Assembly: GCA_018064885.1 (NCBI GenBank)
Contig: JAGHUI010000049.1
Coordinates: 7,694-71,693, forward strand
Direction: 5' to 3'
From: Candidatus Minthosoma equi
GTDB taxonomy: Bacteria; Bacteroidota; Bacteroidia; Bacteroidales; Bacteroidaceae
Length of the DNA stretch: 64,000 nt
Under the pieces are notes generated by a model that was not told the DNA's origin, did not search any database, and saw only the letters and a list, made by a program, of their open reading frames with translations. Position numbers and translations under genes: made by a program. Positions within the stretch are counted from its first letter, which is position 1. Every line of letters starts with the position of its first letter. Positions 60,329 through 64,000 of the stretch are shown here, piece after piece.

Positions 60329-60336
60329 TAATTTTG
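60329..60336 (+). promoter_or_regulatory. Bacteroidota -7 promoter box TAATTTTG
   Basis: It lies inside the tracked ORF that starts at 60325, which argues that mlaE really starts downstream. Confidence 0.4.
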
Positions 60337-60378
60337 CCAAGGTTTTGCAATTTACAAATCATTAAAACGGAATTAAAA

Positions 60379-61125
60379 GTGCTTTCAATACAAAACGGAT
60401 TAACTCATCTGGGCAGATATGTTCAACTGATGGGACGTGCCATTTCAACCCCTGACAGATGGCGAATGTTCCTAAAGCAGTACGTCACAGAAATGTACCA
60501 GCTGGGATATAACTCAATAGGCATTGTTCTCATCATATCTTTCTTCATCGGAGCTGTGATATGCCTTCAGATCAAACTCAATATCCAGAGTCCTTGGATG
60601 CCTCGCATGGTTGTAGGCTATACGACACGTGAAATCATGCTTCTGGAGTTCTCTTCCAGTATCATGTGTCTCATCCTTGCAGGAAAGGTAGGTTCAAACA
60701 TAGCCTCCGAGATAGGAACGATGCGCATCACCCAGCAGATTGACGCCCTCGACATCATGGGAGTCAATTCTGCCAACTACCTTATACTTCCAAAGATAGC
60801 AGGTCTCATGACCATTATGCCGATTCTTGTCACCTTCAGCGTCTGCGCCGGCATCCTCGGAGCCTATGCCACCTCGCTGATGGGAACAACCACCGTGCCA
60901 GAGCTTGACGAAGGCTTCCGCTATCAGTTCAACCAATGGTTCTTCTGGTGCGGTATGATAAAAGCCGTTGTCTATGCCTTCATCATCACAAGCGTCTCTG
61001 CCTACAAAGGCTACACCGTCGAAGGCGGTAGTGTGGAAGTCGGCAAATCAAGTACGGATGCCGTTGTCTTGTCAAGCATCCTGATACTTTTTAGTGATAT
61101 ATTCTTAACAAGCATGCTGACATGA
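60379..61125 (+). CDS. mlaE: MlaE-family ABC transporter permease
   Basis: The GTG at 60379 is preferred because it is in frame and lies after the promoter box. Polytopic, and the layout matches MlaE/YrbE-type permeases. It overlaps mlaF by 4 nt. Confidence 0.8.
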   Translation: MLSIQNGLTHLGRYVQLMGRAISTPDRWRMFLKQYVTEMYQLGYNSIGIVLIISFFIGAVICLQIKLNIQSPWMPRMVVGYTTREIMLLEFSSSIMCLILAGKVGSNIASEIGTMRITQQIDALDIMGVNSANYLILPKIAGLMTIMPILVTFSVCAGILGAYATSLMGTTTVPELDEGFRYQFNQWFFWCGMIKAVVYAFIITSVSAYKGYTVEGGSVEVGKSSTDAVVLSSILILFSDIFLTSMLT

Positions 61126-61895
61126 TAAAGATAGAACACCTGTATAAAAGCTTCGAGGATAAAGAAGTCCTCAAGGACATCAATGCCGTTTTCAAGGATG
61201 GTGAAGTCAATCTTATCATCGGACAGAGCGGTAGCGGTAAGACCGTGCTTATGAAGAATATAGTAGGACTTCTTACCCCAACCCAAGGAAGCATATTCTA
61301 CGACGATAAAGACTTTGTTGCATTGACAAAGAAAGAAAAGATACTCCTTCGCCGTGAGATGGGAATGATTTTCCAGAGTGCAGCCCTTTTCGACTCTATG
61401 TCTGTGCTGGAAAACGTCATGTTCCCCCTCAACATGTTCTCTTACGACAACTACGATGATCGCAAGAAGCGAGCCTTGGAATGCCTTGCTCGTGTCAATC
61501 TTACGGGTGCAGAGAATAAGTTCCCGGGTGAGATCTCTGGCGGTATGCAAAAGCGAGTAGCCATTGCACGTGCCATTGTTCTCCAGCCAAAATACCTCTT
61601 CTGCGACGAACCGAACTCAGGCTTGGATCCAAAGACCAGCATCGTGATCGACGAGCTCATCTCTGGCATCACCCACGAGGACAACATCACCACCATCGTC
61701 AACACCCACGACATGAACTCCGTCATGGGCATTGGCGAGAACATCACGTTCATTTGTGAAGGTAGGGCAGAATGGCAGGGCAACAACAAGGAAATCATGG
61801 ATGCCGAGAACAAGAGACTCAACGATTTTATCTTTGCCAGCGACATACTTCGTCAGGCAAAGGAACTTCACGACGAGAAGAAAGGTCTGAAATGA
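61122..61895 (+). CDS. mlaF: MlaF-like ABC transporter ATP-binding protein
   Basis: It has a Walker A motif (GQSGSGKT), the signature ISGGMQKR and a Walker B motif (LFCDEP). Confidence 0.85.
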   Translation: MIKIEHLYKSFEDKEVLKDINAVFKDGEVNLIIGQSGSGKTVLMKNIVGLLTPTQGSIFYDDKDFVALTKKEKILLRREMGMIFQSAALFDSMSVLENVMFPLNMFSYDNYDDRKKRALECLARVNLTGAENKFPGEISGGMQKRVAIARAIVLQPKYLFCDEPNSGLDPKTSIVIDELISGITHEDNITTIVNTHDMNSVMGIGENITFICEGRAEWQGNNKEIMDAENKRLNDFIFASDILRQAKELHDEKKGLK

Positions 61896-64000
61896 TAGTT
61901 TGTATAGCAGAGAAACCAAGCGTAGCCCGTGAAATCGCCAGCGTTCTTGGTGCTACAAACCAAAAGCAAGGCTACATTGAAGGTAATGGCTATCAGGTCA
62001 CATGGACATTCGGACATCTGTGTGAGCTGAAATCGCCAGACGAATACAACAAACGCTGGAAAGCCTGGGATCTTTGGGATTTGCCAATGATTCCGCCACG
62101 CTTCGGCATACGTCTCAAGGAAGATGATGGCATAAAGAAACAGTTTGCCACCATCGAGAAACTCATGCAGGCAGCAGACAGCATCATCAACTGCGGTGAT
62201 GCCGGACAGGAAGGAGAGCTCATCCAGCGCTGGGTTATGCAGAAAGCCGGAGCAAAATGTCCCGTCAAGCGCCTTTGGATCTCTTCACTAACAGAAGACG
62301 CCATCCGTGAAGGCTTCCATAATCTCAAGGATCAGAGTGAATATCAGTCGCTTTACGAGGCAGGCTTGAGCCGTGCCATAGGCGACTGGACTCTCGGCAT
62401 GAACGCCACTCGACTCTACACCCTCAAGTACGGACAGAACAAGCAGGTTCTCTCCATCGGTCGTGTTCAGACACCAACCCTCGCACTTATCGTAAATCGC
62501 CAGAAGGAAATAGAAAGCTTCGTGCCAAAGCAGAGCTGGGTGCTTTCAACCCTCTATCGCGACACGAAATTCACCGCCATAGCTCATGATGAAGAAGCAG
62601 AAGCCGAGGCAGAAGCAGAAGTCAAGGAAGCAGCAGCTCAGGGCAAGACCATCAAGAGCAAAGGCCCGATTTACAAGCAGATTGAATACGCTACTGAAGC
62701 AGCAGGAAAGGCTGCTCTTCAGTACATACAGGACAAGCCTTTCAAGGTCATCGACATTCAGAAGAAGAAAGGAACAGAAGCACCTCCGCGCCTCTACGAC
62801 CTCACCTCTCTTCAGGTGGATTGCAACCGCAAGTTCGGCTACAGCGCCGACCAGACTCTTCAGCTCATTCAGTCGCTCTACGAGAAGAAATTCACCACCT
62901 ACCCTCGTGTCGATACCACCTTCCTCTCCGATGATATCTATGCCAAATGCCCTCAGACCTTAGCAGGCATCCGAGGCTACGAGCAGTTCACCCAGCCACT
63001 TGCAGGCAAACCGCTCCCCAAGTCAAAGAAAGTCTTTGACTCATCAAAGGTTACAGACCACCATGCCATCATCCCAACAGGCGTGCCAGCCGTGAGTCTG
63101 ACCGATATGGAAAAGCGAGTTTACGACCTTGTCACACGAGCATTCATCGCAGTCTTCTATCCAGATTGCAAATTCGAGACAACCACCGTTTTCGGCATGT
63201 CTCCAGAACCATCCTCAGAGGGTGAGGCAAGCCAGCAGGCAATACTTTTCCGTACAAGCGGCAGAACCATCATCGACGAAGGATGGAAAGTCATTTACAA
63301 GAAAAATACGGCAGAATCCGATGAAGAAGGTGAAAGCAAATCAGAGGATGGCACACTCCCTGCATTCGTGAAAGGCGAAAGCGGTCCCCATCTTCCTATG
63401 CTTTCCGAGAAATGGACACAGCCTCCAAAGCCATACACCGAAGCAACCCTTCTCCGTGCCATGGAAACCGCAGGCAAGTTCGTTGACAATGAAGAGCTTC
63501 GCGATGCCATGAAAGAGAACGGCATAGGTCGTCCTTCCACTCGTGCCGCCATCATCGAAACCCTCTTCAAGCGCCGCTACATACGCAAGGAGCGCAAGAA
63601 CCTCATTGCCACCCCTACAGGCATTGAGCTCATTGGTATCATTCACGAAGAACTCCTCAAGAGCGCAGAGCTCACAGGTCAATGGGAGAAGAAGCTTCGC
63701 GACATAGAGCGCCACACCTACAGCGCAGGTCAGTTCATAGAAGAACTCAAAGCAATGGTAACAGAGATCATCGACACCGTGCGCAACGACTATTCCAATC
63801 GTCATGTTGCCGTAACCACCGAAGAAGACCTCAAGAAGCGTGCTCCAAAGGTCGCTCCAGCCAATGTCCCAGCAGGGTTCCAGCCAAAGAAGAAATCTGC
63901 TCCAAAGAAGCCAGCCCCAAAGAAAACCACAGAGGAGGTCAAGGCAGAGCACAATCCCGACGAGATCATCGGCATGCCATGCCCCGTGTGCAAGCAAGGC
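61892..64000 (+). CDS. topB: DNA topoisomerase III (3' end outside the window)
   Basis: The ORF track omits it because no stop codon falls in the window. My hand translation runs MIVCIAEKPSVAREIA..GNGYQVTWTFGHL (Toprim), DAGQEGE, TYPRVDTTFL (catalytic Tyr) and a Lys-rich tail plus CPVC. The start overlaps the mlaF stop codon (ATGA). Confidence 0.9.
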   Translation, partial: MIVCIAEKPSVAREIASVLGATNQKQGYIEGNGYQVTWTFGHLCELKSPDEYNKRWKAWDLWDLPMIPPRFGIRLKEDDGIKKQFATIEKLMQAADSIINCGDAGQEGELIQRWVMQKAGAKCPVKRLWISSLTEDAIREGFHNLKDQSEYQSLYEAGLSRAIGDWTLGMNATRLYTLKYGQNKQVLSIGRVQTPTLALIVNRQKEIESFVPKQSWVLSTLYRDTKFTAIAHDEEAEAEAEAEVKEAAAQGKTIKSKGPIYKQIEYATEAAGKAALQYIQDKPFKVIDIQKKKGTEAPPRLYDLTSLQVDCNRKFGYSADQTLQLIQSLYEKKFTTYPRVDTTFLSDDIYAKCPQTLAGIRGYEQFTQPLAGKPLPKSKKVFDSSKVTDHHAIIPTGVPAVSLTDMEKRVYDLVTRAFIAVFYPDCKFETTTVFGMSPEPSSEGEASQQAILFRTSGRTIIDEGWKVIYKKNTAESDEEGESKSEDGTLPAFVKGESGPHLPMLSEKWTQPPKPYTEATLLRAMETAGKFVDNEELRDAMKENGIGRPSTRAAIIETLFKRRYIRKERKNLIATPTGIELIGIIHEELLKSAELTGQWEKKLRDIERHTYSAGQFIEELKAMVTEIIDTVRNDYSNRHVAVTTEEDLKKRAPKVAPANVPAGFQPKKKSAPKKPAPKKTTEEVKAEHNPDEIIGMPCPVCKQG

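Noticed and set aside
60325-60378. Upstream TTG-initiated extension of mlaE
   Set aside because: It contains the likely -7 promoter box (60329-60336). Alignment logic with MlaE N-termini favours the in-frame GTG at 60379.
61011-61550. 179-aa minus-strand ORF
   Set aside because: It is antisense to the mlaE/mlaF junction and the mlaF Walker region.
63341-63997. 218-aa minus-strand ORF
   Set aside because: It is antisense to topB, which is open in frame 61892 through to the window end.

Overview
The window looks like a chromosomal, mostly housekeeping segment of a Bacteroidota genome, probably Prevotella-like. That assignment is an inference from three things: the many TAnnTTTG -7 promoter boxes, the T9SS C-terminal sorting domains, and the gene order parA-parB-DUF5683-lytic transglycosylase-relA/spoT and porQ-cmk-ispH. 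Confident calls are tig-clpP-clpX-recQ-guaB, two parvulin PPIases plus an OstA-like gene, mutL, a major OmpA-family protein, and tRNA-Pro x2/tRNA-Val. Also confident are parAB, spoT/relA, pepD, rsmA, lpxB-surE, tRNA-Gln, pfkA, ispH, cmk, meaB, cdsA-ftsH-rsfS, lptB, mlaEF and a 3'-truncated topB that I translated by hand because the ORF track omits it. I found no CRISPR array, transposase, integrase, rRNA or recognisable defence system. Seven things deserve a second look. (1) recQ carries an in-frame ~135-aa insertion between helicase motifs II and III. (2) A four-gene envelope operon is led by a lipoprotein with 26 collagen Gly-X-Y triplets and a phage-fibre-like motif. (3) Three separate intergenic arrays of four phased 21- or 23-bp repeats have palindromic cores, at 3412, 28831 and 41906. 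(4) Two parS half-sites sit on the parA promoter. (5) A small accessory islet between rsmA and lpxB encodes a BRO-N/Fic fusion, an AAA/PD-(D/E)XK ATPase and an HU-like protein. (6) A T9SS-secreted GH30 gene next to tRNA-Gln is bracketed by near-identical hairpins. (7) tRNA-Pro is present as an identical tandem duplication. All functional calls rest on motif recognition by eye; no database search was run.
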